From an uncultured bacterium (GTDB taxonomy: Bacteria; Bacillota_I; Bacilli_A; RFN20; CAG-826): a DNA stretch of 53,829 bases. This document shows, piece by piece, positions 29,723-38,819 of this stretch (positions are counted from its first letter, which is position 1; each line of letters starts with the position of its first letter). The stretch is taken from the NCBI GenBank assembly GCA_949297275.1, contig CASFQR010000004.1, positions 1-53,829 of the forward strand. The letters run 5' to 3'. The translations under genes were made by a program, and so were the position numbers. The notes beneath the pieces were generated by a model. The model had not been told where the DNA came from. It searched no databases and saw nothing but the letters and a program-made list of their open reading frames with translations.

Positions 29723-30890
29723 TCTCATTACTGAGATCGGTTATTTATCAATTAATCACGACAAAGAAGAACTTTGTGGTGATTGTGTTCAAGTCGTCTC
29801 TGATCCGAATAAAAACACCGTCACCCTCGTTTTAGCGGATGGGCTTGGTAGTGGGGTGAAGGCTAATATTTTAAGTACCTTAACAAGTGAAATTTTATCG
29901 ACTTTAATTTCTCACGATATTCCATTAGAAGAAAGCATTCGCACGATCATGGAAACTTTACCTGTTTGTAAAGTGAGAAATGTGGCCTATTCGACTTTTA
30001 CCATTATCCATGTGACAAATAGCCGAAGGGCGATTGTCTATAATTATGATAATCCTCAACCATTTTTATTAAGAAATGGGAAATACGCCCCACTTGATTG
30101 GCGAAGCCAAATCATTGATGGTAAAACGATTTCTTATACTTCTACTTATTTATTAGAAAATGATGCCTTTTTCTTAATGAGCGATGGCGTTATACATGCA
30201 GGGATTGGAGCAACCCTTAATTTTGGTTGGGAATTGATGGATGTGATTGACTATGCAGAAGGTTTATTCGATAAAAAATATTCTGCGAAATCACTTGCAA
30301 CTTATATCGTTAGTCATGTCAATGATTTATATGAAAATAAACCAGGGGATGACGCGACTTGTGCGGTGATTAAAATTCGTCCGCGTAAACAAGTTAATTT
30401 AATGATTGGACCAGCTTCTAACCGCGAAGACGATAGTAAAATGTTATCTTTATTCTTTGCTAAGGAAGGTAAACACATCGTTTGTGGTGGCACAACCTCT
30501 AGCGTGGTTTCAAGATATTTAAAGAAAGAATTAGAATTTCCTTTAGATTATATTGATCCCGAAGTACCACCAACCGCGCATATTGAAGGAGTTGATTTAG
30601 TGACCGAAGGGGTCATTACGATCAATAAAGTTTTAAAGTACGCGAATAATGTCTTTGGTGATAACAAAGATTATTTTACTTGGTCATTTAAGCAAGATGG
30701 CGCCTCCCAAATCGCGCGATTATTATTTGAAGAAGCTACCGACATTAATTTCTTTGTTGGCTGTGCAATTAATCCTGCTCACCAACAAGAAGGTTTAGCG
30801 ATTAATTTTAATACGAAAATGCAACTAGTGGACGAACTCTCAAAAGCCCTCAAAAAGATGAATAAGTCCATCAAAGTCAGTTATTTTTAA
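29709..30890 (+). CDS. PP2C/SpoIIE-family serine phosphatase with an uncharacterised C-terminal domain
   Basis: GDCVQVV...LVLADGLGSGVKANILS and FFLMSDGVIHAG are typical SpoIIE/PP2C blocks. About 150 C-terminal residues have no recognised motif. 14-nt overlap with hydS. Confidence 0.8.
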   Translation: MMVSNLITEIGYLSINHDKEELCGDCVQVVSDPNKNTVTLVLADGLGSGVKANILSTLTSEILSTLISHDIPLEESIRTIMETLPVCKVRNVAYSTFTIIHVTNSRRAIVYNYDNPQPFLLRNGKYAPLDWRSQIIDGKTISYTSTYLLENDAFFLMSDGVIHAGIGATLNFGWELMDVIDYAEGLFDKKYSAKSLATYIVSHVNDLYENKPGDDATCAVIKIRPRKQVNLMIGPASNREDDSKMLSLFFAKEGKHIVCGGTTSSVVSRYLKKELEFPLDYIDPEVPPTAHIEGVDLVTEGVITINKVLKYANNVFGDNKDYFTWSFKQDGASQIARLLFEEATDINFFVGCAINPAHQQEGLAINFNTKMQLVDELSKALKKMNKSIKVSYF

Positions 30891-30905
30891 AGATTGGAGT
30901 CTACT

Positions 30906-32360
30906 ATGGAAGAAGTAAAAGCTAAATTTGATACGCGGGTACAAGAACTAAAATATAGTGTTTTAAAGGAAGTTGCTAAAGCTTATTTTAATGGTACTTT
31001 ATTAGAAGATTATAATAAGATTCCCGAAATAATTTCACCTGGTCCAAAATCAACATTTAGATGTTGTATTTATAAAGAAAGAGCCATCGTTCAAGAAAGA
31101 ATGAAAATGGCTTTAGGTGGCGATCGATCGCGCAATAATGTCGTACAAGTTTTAAAGATTGCGTGCGATGAATGTCCTTTAGGCGGTTATGAAGTAACTC
31201 GCAATTGCCGCGGTTGTATTGCTCACCGCTGCGAAAAAGCTTGCCCACGACATGCGATTACTTTTGATCAACAAACGCGAACTGCCCATATTGATAAAAC
31301 TAAATGTATTAACTGTGGTTTATGTGCGAAAGCTTGTCAATATAACGCTATTACAAATTATACTCGTCCTTGCGAAGCTTCTTGTAAGATGGGAGCAATT
31401 AAACCGGATGCAAATTTTGCCGCGGAAATCGATGATGAAAAATGTATTCAATGTGGTCAATGTGTATATCAATGCCCCTTTGGAGCAATTATGGATGTTT
31501 CTTATATCACTGATGTAATTGATATGATTAAAGATAGTGATTTCTCGAAGAAATATCATTTATACGCGATTATTGCCCCTTCAATCTCTTCACAATTTAA
31601 ATATGCAACTTTAGGTCAAATTATTAAAGCGATCGAAGTATTAGGTTTTCATAATGTCGTTGAAGCTGCCTTAGGAGCGGATATGGTTGCCTATAAAGAA
31701 GCAAAAGAATTATCTGAAAAAGGTTTCTTATTATCGAGTTGTTGCCCAGCTTTTGTCAGTTTTGTTGAAAAGAAATTTCCTAAATTAAAAGAAAATATTT
31801 CTGAAAATCTCTCCCCAATGGCAACAATTGCCCAATATATTAAAACTGTTGATCCAACTTCTAAAATTGTTTTTATTGGGCCCTGCGTAGCTAAAAAACA
31901 AGAAATTAAACGCCCGAAAGTTTCTCAATATATTGATTCGGTTTTAACTTTTGAAGAATTGCAGGCTTTAATCGATAGCCGCGATATTGATGCTTCTTCA
32001 TTAGAAGAATCACCTTTAGACAACGCTTCGTATTTTGGCCGAATTTTTGCCCGTAGTGGTGGCTTACATGACGCAGTAGAAGAAGGCTTAAAAGAACAAA
32101 ATATTGATTTTGAATTAAAGGCTGGAATTGGTGATGGTTTAGATATGTGCCGTCAATTATTGGTGAAATCGCAAGGCGCTGAAAAGCCTTATAACTTCAT
32201 CGAAGGGATGATTTGCACGAATGGTTGTATTGGTGGGCCTTGTTGTTTAACTCACGAAGTAAGAGATAAAAAAGAAGTTGATAAATATGGCCTAGAAGCT
32301 AAAGAACAAAGCATCGAAGGCGCGATTAAATATGTCTATATGACGAATAAATTTGATTGA
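30906..32360 (+). CDS. [FeFe]-hydrogenase, non-prototypical (group B-like), with N-terminal FeS domains
   Basis: Ferredoxin motifs CINCGLCAKACQ and CIQCGQCVYQCP. H-cluster motifs SSCCPAF, GPCVAKKQE and EGMICTNGCIGGPCC. The ATG at 30906, preceded by GGAG, is preferred over the TTG at 30894. Confidence 0.85.
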   Translation: MEEVKAKFDTRVQELKYSVLKEVAKAYFNGTLLEDYNKIPEIISPGPKSTFRCCIYKERAIVQERMKMALGGDRSRNNVVQVLKIACDECPLGGYEVTRNCRGCIAHRCEKACPRHAITFDQQTRTAHIDKTKCINCGLCAKACQYNAITNYTRPCEASCKMGAIKPDANFAAEIDDEKCIQCGQCVYQCPFGAIMDVSYITDVIDMIKDSDFSKKYHLYAIIAPSISSQFKYATLGQIIKAIEVLGFHNVVEAALGADMVAYKEAKELSEKGFLLSSCCPAFVSFVEKKFPKLKENISENLSPMATIAQYIKTVDPTSKIVFIGPCVAKKQEIKRPKVSQYIDSVLTFEELQALIDSRDIDASSLEESPLDNASYFGRIFARSGGLHDAVEEGLKEQNIDFELKAGIGDGLDMCRQLLVKSQGAEKPYNFIEGMICTNGCIGGPCCLTHEVRDKKEVDKYGLEAKEQSIEGAIKYVYMTNKFD

Positions 32361-32365
32361 GATAT

Positions 32366-33097
32366 TTAATTTAATTCATTAGAATTTTTAATTTGATAAT
32401 CAAGCACAGGCTCAAAATATAAAGTGCCTGTGATTTGATTATAAATATATTTAATTGGGGCAGAAGTGACTAGTTCATAAGTTCGTCGATTAGTTTCCAA
32501 ACAAAATGATATTTGAATTTCGTCGAAATTTAAAAAATATATAGCAGGAATATAACTTACCGAAGTGTGTTGATAAAGATTAGTAATCCTTTTAACTAAT
32601 TTTGATTCAACAGATAGTGTTTCAACAATTGTTTCTACGCGATATTCTTCGCTAGAAAAAGCATCGTAGGCGAATTCTTCTAATGCGTGGTATTTTATGG
32701 TAGAACCAGGGAATTCCTTTTTAGCAGCAATATAAGCGCGTTTAAAAATCTCATTTGGACCATAAAAAGGCAATTCTAAATAAGCGTCATATGTTGCATT
32801 CATTGTTCCAAAAGAAACTTCGATTGGAAAAGCACCTTCAACCTCATTATATTTTGTTTCATAATTAAGTTTTGTCCCAATTAAAACATTACATTCATTT
32901 AGTACTTCAAAACCTTGATATTCTATATCTTCTTCATTTTGCATGACATCGATGATGTGACCAATTTGTGACGCAGGATAGGTAAAATAATATGGCTCAT
33001 CATAAACATCAATAGTTGGTTTATGACATGCGGTTAATAAAAATAAAATTGGTAAGGAAATAAGTTGCTTTGTAGAAAGGTATAGGTTTATTCTCAT
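32366..33097 (-). CDS. Lipoprotein of unknown function, paralog of 35835..36638
   Basis: Lipobox LLTAC. Shares blocks with the other lipoprotein: YYFTY/YYFIY, GHIIDV/NHIIDY, NVLIG, and a C-terminal (I/F)SF-rich block. Confidence 0.6.
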   Translation of the reverse strand: MRINLYLSTKQLISLPILFLLTACHKPTIDVYDEPYYFTYPASQIGHIIDVMQNEEDIEYQGFEVLNECNVLIGTKLNYETKYNEVEGAFPIEVSFGTMNATYDAYLELPFYGPNEIFKRAYIAAKKEFPGSTIKYHALEEFAYDAFSSEEYRVETIVETLSVESKLVKRITNLYQHTSVSYIPAIYFLNFDEIQISFCLETNRRTYELVTSAPIKYIYNQITGTLYFEPVLDYQIKNSNELN

Positions 33098-33226
33098 ATT
33101 TTCATTTTAAAGTTTGATAATTTTTTTGCAAGCAAGAATTAAAAAATATACAAAAAATAAAAAAAATAAAAAATGTTGAATATAACAATAGCCACATTTT
33201 AAAATAATATCAAAGAGGTAGAAGAA

Positions 33227-35845
33227 ATGATGAAAATTAAAAAAATATTTCCACTTACGATGATTGTTGCTTTTTTAATGTGTGGCATTAATGGTCAACA
33301 AAAAATAAGCAAACCAGTTGAAGCATTAAATGAAGAAAACAACATAATTGAAATAAAAACTCTACCAAAGAAAGTTCATAAATCGTTAATTATAGAAAAT
33401 GAATATAATTTTTCTTTTGATTTTGATGAAAAAGTTATAACGACATATTCTTACAAAACTTATAACTTAGACGATGTTGATATATCTATACTCAATACGA
33501 ACAACCTTAATGTTTCTATCCTTATAAATGAAGACTATTCCCGTCTAAATTTATCGGTGTTTTTAGATGAATATTATTGTAGCAAAATTGATTTGTTTAT
33601 TTATTCTAATTTAGGAATAACCGAATTTTCTTATGTTTCAGATTTGGATGTATTTGAAAAATGGTTGGATAAATGCATTCTTTTAGGAAAAATACAAGAA
33701 GACTATAAAACCGATTTATTCGAGTCTTTTATGATGAGAAATGTTAGAACCGAAACAAGTTATGTGGATAATTCTACTAATCAAGGCATCAGCCCTATGG
33801 GTATTAGAAATGAGATTGTATCTATTGGTGGACAAATAAGTGTATTTGATCCAAACGCACAAAAACATATATATTTAGACGGATTTACAGTAAAAATTTT
33901 TAAAGAAGGAGACGATTGTTTAAAAGACACTCCTATTCTTACAACAGAAACTATGCCTTATGGTTTTTATTATGCAGAATTTGTGCCTTACGAATATTTA
34001 CCCGATTATTTTTACGTAGCTGTTTATCCTGAAAACGAAACATATTCTGTAAATACTGTTAGCAAATTTTTAAGTGCGAATTTCTTTGAATCCCCAAGCT
34101 ATTATATTACAAGTGGATTACTTCTAGCAGAGGAAGGGCGCTCTTACACAACAAACATAGTTATTGATTATAATTTAAATCAAGGCTATAGCGCGATTGA
34201 TGGTGCTTTTTCTCTTGCTGCTGCGTTAAGCCTTGGTCAAAGCTTCTATTATAAAAAAGAAAATATCACAAGCAGTAATTTGCCAGAGAGATTTATGGCC
34301 ATATATCCAGCAGATTCAGACGATCTTAATAATACATATTATGGAGACGGCGGATTAAACCTTACTTTTGCATATATGTATTATGGCCTATATGATTTTG
34401 AAATTTGTGGCGACTGGCTTAATGCTATTCATGAATATACACATTTTTTGCAATATTATTTAGGTATTTATTCAATAAAATTAACAGATTTAATTAATGG
34501 CGGCGTAAGGCATAGTAGTAGCGCAGATTTAGCGGAATATCTAGGATGGAATGATGTTCCATATGGTATGGAGAAAGCAACGCGAATTGCATGGACCGAA
34601 GGATGGGGCTATTTTTATCCTTTAGCGGTTTATCAAGAATATTTTGATTTAATTTCTGGCACTTGTTTCGATAACTTTAACACATTATATAATGATTCGT
34701 TAAATTTCTATGTCGAGGAAAATTCTCAAAGTCAAGAAGAAGGAGATGGACCAAAAATAAAAGATGGTGGACATGAATTTAGTGAAACGCAAGAAAACGC
34801 TATCACAACTTTTCTATTGAATTTTTATAATAAAGAATTTGATTTTGGAGATGTATATACCGATGAAATTGTTTGGAATTTATTAACAACAAGTGGCGTA
34901 CATACATTTTCTGATTTTATCGATAGTTTATACGAATCTGATTATCGTTTTTATGGTGGTCTAGGGGATTTACTTAATAAAACAAAAATTGGGCCTGGTC
35001 CTCTAACAATAACCAGTTACTATGATTTTTATTCCTCTCCTACAATACAATGGAATGAAAATGGCTCATCAAAGAATCCATTGAATAAGTTTAAGTTAGC
35101 TTTGTTTAAAAATTATACACTTATTGATTCTTATTTAATAACAAATTTTACACCAGATGAAAATGGTGTAATCACATACAAAATACCAGAAACCACTTGG
35201 TCGATTATCAAGAGTTTAGCAACTGAATTTAGCCGTGTAAGCATTGCGATTGCTGGTTATAATGAAAGAGATTCAATAGAAACTGGCCCATATTATTCAA
35301 ATTTTGTTGATTTATATATACCTCAAATAAATGTTGATATTACTCCAGAAATGACCGAATTTTATGATGGATATCCAAGTGCAGAAATCAATGAAGATGT
35401 GGTTTTGTTCGATGAATACACCGTTTCTACTAAGAGGCTTCGAGCTGGTTTTATACAAAACGAATGTATAAATTTATCACCAAGAAGAGAGGGCGCAGGA
35501 TTAGCTTATTTAGAATTTGATTTTGGTGATGACATTGTAAGAGAAATTGATATTGATATTTCGTTTTGGAGCGATTCTGAATATTTTACATCAACCGATA
35601 GTAGTGCTTATATTCAGTATTATGATGAATTTGTGGGTGATTGGGTTACTTCATTTGATTTACTTGCCGATTGTGTTCTTTCTACCGATAGAACAAATCC
35701 CAATCATTTAAACGCCAGATTTATCGATGAAACAACACACAAATTTAGAATATATGCTGAAACCGAGCCAATCGGTAATGTAAATAAAGGAAGAATTTCC
35801 ATTCATAAAATCACAGCGAAAGGGATGTTTAATTATGGCCAATAA
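33227..35845 (+). CDS. Secreted or surface 872-aa protein with a gluzincin-like HEYTH...E motif (putative metallopeptidase)
   Basis: N-terminal signal or anchor (IFPLTMIVAFLMCG). HEYTH at 34430-34444 in the context AIHEYTHFLQYY. Candidate third ligand in AWTEGWGYF (Glu at 34598-34600). A beta-sandwich-like segment (GGQISVFDPN...GFTVKIF) precedes it. Confidence 0.55.
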   Translation: MMKIKKIFPLTMIVAFLMCGINGQQKISKPVEALNEENNIIEIKTLPKKVHKSLIIENEYNFSFDFDEKVITTYSYKTYNLDDVDISILNTNNLNVSILINEDYSRLNLSVFLDEYYCSKIDLFIYSNLGITEFSYVSDLDVFEKWLDKCILLGKIQEDYKTDLFESFMMRNVRTETSYVDNSTNQGISPMGIRNEIVSIGGQISVFDPNAQKHIYLDGFTVKIFKEGDDCLKDTPILTTETMPYGFYYAEFVPYEYLPDYFYVAVYPENETYSVNTVSKFLSANFFESPSYYITSGLLLAEEGRSYTTNIVIDYNLNQGYSAIDGAFSLAAALSLGQSFYYKKENITSSNLPERFMAIYPADSDDLNNTYYGDGGLNLTFAYMYYGLYDFEICGDWLNAIHEYTHFLQYYLGIYSIKLTDLINGGVRHSSSADLAEYLGWNDVPYGMEKATRIAWTEGWGYFYPLAVYQEYFDLISGTCFDNFNTLYNDSLNFYVEENSQSQEEGDGPKIKDGGHEFSETQENAITTFLLNFYNKEFDFGDVYTDEIVWNLLTTSGVHTFSDFIDSLYESDYRFYGGLGDLLNKTKIGPGPLTITSYYDFYSSPTIQWNENGSSKNPLNKFKLALFKNYTLIDSYLITNFTPDENGVITYKIPETTWSIIKSLATEFSRVSIAIAGYNERDSIETGPYYSNFVDLYIPQINVDITPEMTEFYDGYPSAEINEDVVLFDEYTVSTKRLRAGFIQNECINLSPRREGAGLAYLEFDFGDDIVREIDIDISFWSDSEYFTSTDSSAYIQYYDEFVGDWVTSFDLLADCVLSTDRTNPNHLNARFIDETTHKFRIYAETEPIGNVNKGRISIHKITAKGMFNYGQ

Positions 35846-36638
35846 ATTAATTAAAAAAGTAAATACTATAGCCTTGATTTTTCCAAGTGTTCTTGCTTTA
35901 TCATCTTGTGATTTTTTTAATCCTTTTCCTTATGATCCAAATTTAAGAACCGAATATTATTTTATCTATGATAAATTCCAAATTAATCACATTATCGATT
36001 ATACCGATCCTCGAGGCGGCGGAAATTCTTCTACTAATGTGTTAATCGGTTTTTTAGCCCCGCATGAAAATCAAAATATAAAAGAATCTGGTGGTCTAAT
36101 TTGCGATATTTCTTACGGATTAAGAAGTGAAGAATATTATAATTTTAGTAATACGGCTTTTGCTAATGAAGAAGGACTAACACCATTATCTGCCGTTATC
36201 TGCTTTGGTCAAAAAATAAGCAATAGTAATCCTTTTGATGGTAATATCGATGATTTATCGCTATTTAAACAAAACTATTTGATAGTCCAAGAATTGAGTG
36301 TTGAAGAAGCGTTAGACGATAAATATCTCGTTGATACTTATAAAGAAATCGCTTATCAAGAATATAAAATACGAGTAGCAGAGAGATTTTTTAACACCTT
36401 TCATTATAACGAAGAGTTTTTAATTCCTTTAGATTTTATCATTGCAAATAATTTTGAATTCTCTTTCTCCTTTTTTGAAATATATGAGCGAGATGTCATC
36501 ATCGAAGGCCAAACAAAATATTATGTTGATATCGAAAGCTCATATACAATTTCATTAGAATATTATGAAATAGAAGATAAGATTATCTTTCCAACCCCTT
36601 TTGAAGAATCACAAAGATTCGTCGTTGAAGATTTATAA
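35835..36638 (+). CDS. Lipoprotein of unknown function, paralog of 32366..33097
   Basis: Lipobox LALSSC. 11-nt overlap with the upstream 872-aa gene suggests translational coupling. Shares sequence blocks with the other lipoprotein. Confidence 0.6.
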   Translation: MANKLIKKVNTIALIFPSVLALSSCDFFNPFPYDPNLRTEYYFIYDKFQINHIIDYTDPRGGGNSSTNVLIGFLAPHENQNIKESGGLICDISYGLRSEEYYNFSNTAFANEEGLTPLSAVICFGQKISNSNPFDGNIDDLSLFKQNYLIVQELSVEEALDDKYLVDTYKEIAYQEYKIRVAERFFNTFHYNEEFLIPLDFIIANNFEFSFSFFEIYERDVIIEGQTKYYVDIESSYTISLEYYEIEDKIIFPTPFEESQRFVVEDL

Positions 36639-37787
36639 ATTATTGAAATAAAAATATAGATATAAGTTTTGATACCTAGAAAAAGAACCGATGGTATATT
36701 TTATTGTTCCGCCCGGGTTTTGATTAATATCAGTATCAAGATTATCGTTATAAGAAGAAGTGCCCTTATTCCCTGATAAAAATAAGTAGATATTATTGAA
36801 GAAATTTCCTACATCATCTAAAAGATGATAATTAGACCAATATTGTTGGTCATAACGCATATTATTAATGATCCTTTCATCTAATTTATTAACAAAATCC
36901 TGATAACCATTTAGTCCTAGACGCGTTAAGACAAAAGGATAAAGACTAGAGAAGGTTCTTTGATAGGCTGAATATCTAAAGTAGGGGTCGTTACTAGTGT
37001 AGCAAATATAGAAGGCAACTAGATTAGCGTCCTCTTCGCGCATAACACCTAAGGTGTGGGCAATTTCATGTGCGGCAGTAAAAGGATATTCACTTTTAGT
37101 CATTAAATTATTTAGATTGGCTTCCGCTAGTGGCACGAAGGTGACACCAATAATTTGCAATTCACGATAAAAGTAAGATAAGAGATGAAATTCTTTTATT
37201 TGAGGAATCGCTTGATAAAAATAGTTTTGATCTAATTTAGAAAACTCGCGTTTTAATATTTCGTTTATTTCTTTTAAAGAATATGGATTTATAACTTCAC
37301 CAGTATCTTCATTAAAAGTTAATTTATTGGTTACCTCGTTATAATCATCTAAAAAATAGTTAGCGATATCCATATATTCACTTTCATCAACTTCTTTAAC
37401 ACTATAAGTGGGGCTATTTAGTGGTAGGCGATTATACGCCATACCAGCGGTTAATAAATAAATTAAACCTAGTGATAAAGAAATATATCCTAATTTAAAC
37501 CAATATTGACTACTAAACCTTTTACCGTTTCTTTTTAAATGTCTAATATAATGCACTAACCAGACAATTAAATAAATTATTAAGGCTAATATACCAACGC
37601 CCAAAAGCGAGATTGGAATATAAGAAAATAAATAAGTAGCAATAAATTGATAATAACGGCCAAAGGTGTTTGTAATAAATTCGGCAACCTGTACATTTTG
37701 TCTTAATAACAAAAATACAATTAATAAAATTATTAATAAAATTAAGACACTTAGATTAATCCAAAATTTCTTTTTATATGCTGGCAT
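36633..37787 (-). CDS. DUF3810-like polytopic membrane protein with an HExxH motif (putative zinc metallopeptidase)
   Basis: N-terminal TM segments and AAHEIAHTLGVMREEDANLVAFY. The stop codon overlaps the last sense codons of the convergent lipoprotein gene. Confidence 0.55.
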   Translation of the reverse strand: MPAYKKKFWINLSVLILLIILLIVFLLLRQNVQVAEFITNTFGRYYQFIATYLFSYIPISLLGVGILALIIYLIVWLVHYIRHLKRNGKRFSSQYWFKLGYISLSLGLIYLLTAGMAYNRLPLNSPTYSVKEVDESEYMDIANYFLDDYNEVTNKLTFNEDTGEVINPYSLKEINEILKREFSKLDQNYFYQAIPQIKEFHLLSYFYRELQIIGVTFVPLAEANLNNLMTKSEYPFTAAHEIAHTLGVMREEDANLVAFYICYTSNDPYFRYSAYQRTFSSLYPFVLTRLGLNGYQDFVNKLDERIINNMRYDQQYWSNYHLLDDVGNFFNNIYLFLSGNKGTSSYNDNLDTDINQNPGGTIKYTIGSFSRYQNLYLYFYFNNL

Positions 37788-38819
37788 TTATTTGTCTTTA
37801 ATTTCTGGATAACGTTTATATAAATCATCGATGACATCTTTTAAAGTCTCTAAGAGTGGTCGCGGATGATAATTTAAAACATCAGTGGCTTTTTGATGGG
37901 AAAAATTAGAATTATTTCTCACGGCAATTAAGGCATTTTTGGTGTATAGAACTTTTTGATGCTTTTTCTTACAGTACCATTCATATATCGGTGTTACACT
38001 AGCAACAAACCAATAAGGTAATGTTAATCTTATTTTCTTTTTATTAGTTAATTTTGCGACTTCATTAATTAAATCGGTAATCTTTTTTTGGTGGCCACTG
38101 ATGATATAATTTTCACCTTTTTCACCTAAATAAGTAGCCGCAATTAAAGCATGTGCGACATCGCGGACATCAACTAGATCATAGGCACCATTAACACTCG
38201 CGGGTAATTTACCTCTTAGAAACATTAAAATCATCGAAGTCATAAGACCTTCCAGATAATCGCGCGGACCAATAATCGCACTAGGGTGAATAATTGAAGC
38301 ATTTAAACCTTCATCTGCCTTCTTTAAAACATATCTAGTTGCCTCGGCTTTTGTTATTGCATATAATCCAGCCTTTGGATTATTTTGAAATTCTTTAACT
38401 TCAACCATTTGAGTATTTTTAGGTTGATCAATAAAGACATGTGTCGTGGAGACATAGACAAAATGATCAACTTGATTTTCTAAAGCGATATTAGCAATAT
38501 TTTGTGTACCTTTTACATTGACATCATAAACTTTTTGATTAAACTTTTGTTCAACTGTGACAATACCAGCAGCATGAATAACTTTTTGAATTACCCCGTC
38601 TCCCTTTTTAGTATTTAAAAAGCGTCTAACATCATCAATATTAGTAATATCGCCGTAAATCACCGTTATTTTATCTAAATTAGCATTAAAAATATCTTTA
38701 AATTTATCGTTTTCTAAAATAAACACAACAATCTCTTTATTTATATTTAAGAGTTCATTAATGACATTATAGCCAACCCATCCAGTAGCCCCGGTGACAT
38801 AAAATATCTCTTTATTCAT
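37788..38819 (-). CDS. NAD(P)-dependent epimerase/dehydratase (extended SDR)
   Basis: Rossmann motif VTGATGWVG and catalytic YAITKAEA (YxxxK). 343 aa. Confidence 0.85.
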   Translation of the reverse strand: MNKEIFYVTGATGWVGYNVINELLNINKEIVVFILENDKFKDIFNANLDKITVIYGDITNIDDVRRFLNTKKGDGVIQKVIHAAGIVTVEQKFNQKVYDVNVKGTQNIANIALENQVDHFVYVSTTHVFIDQPKNTQMVEVKEFQNNPKAGLYAITKAEATRYVLKKADEGLNASIIHPSAIIGPRDYLEGLMTSMILMFLRGKLPASVNGAYDLVDVRDVAHALIAATYLGEKGENYIISGHQKKITDLINEVAKLTNKKKIRLTLPYWFVASVTPIYEWYCKKKHQKVLYTKNALIAVRNNSNFSHQKATDVLNYHPRPLLETLKDVIDDLYKRYPEIKDK

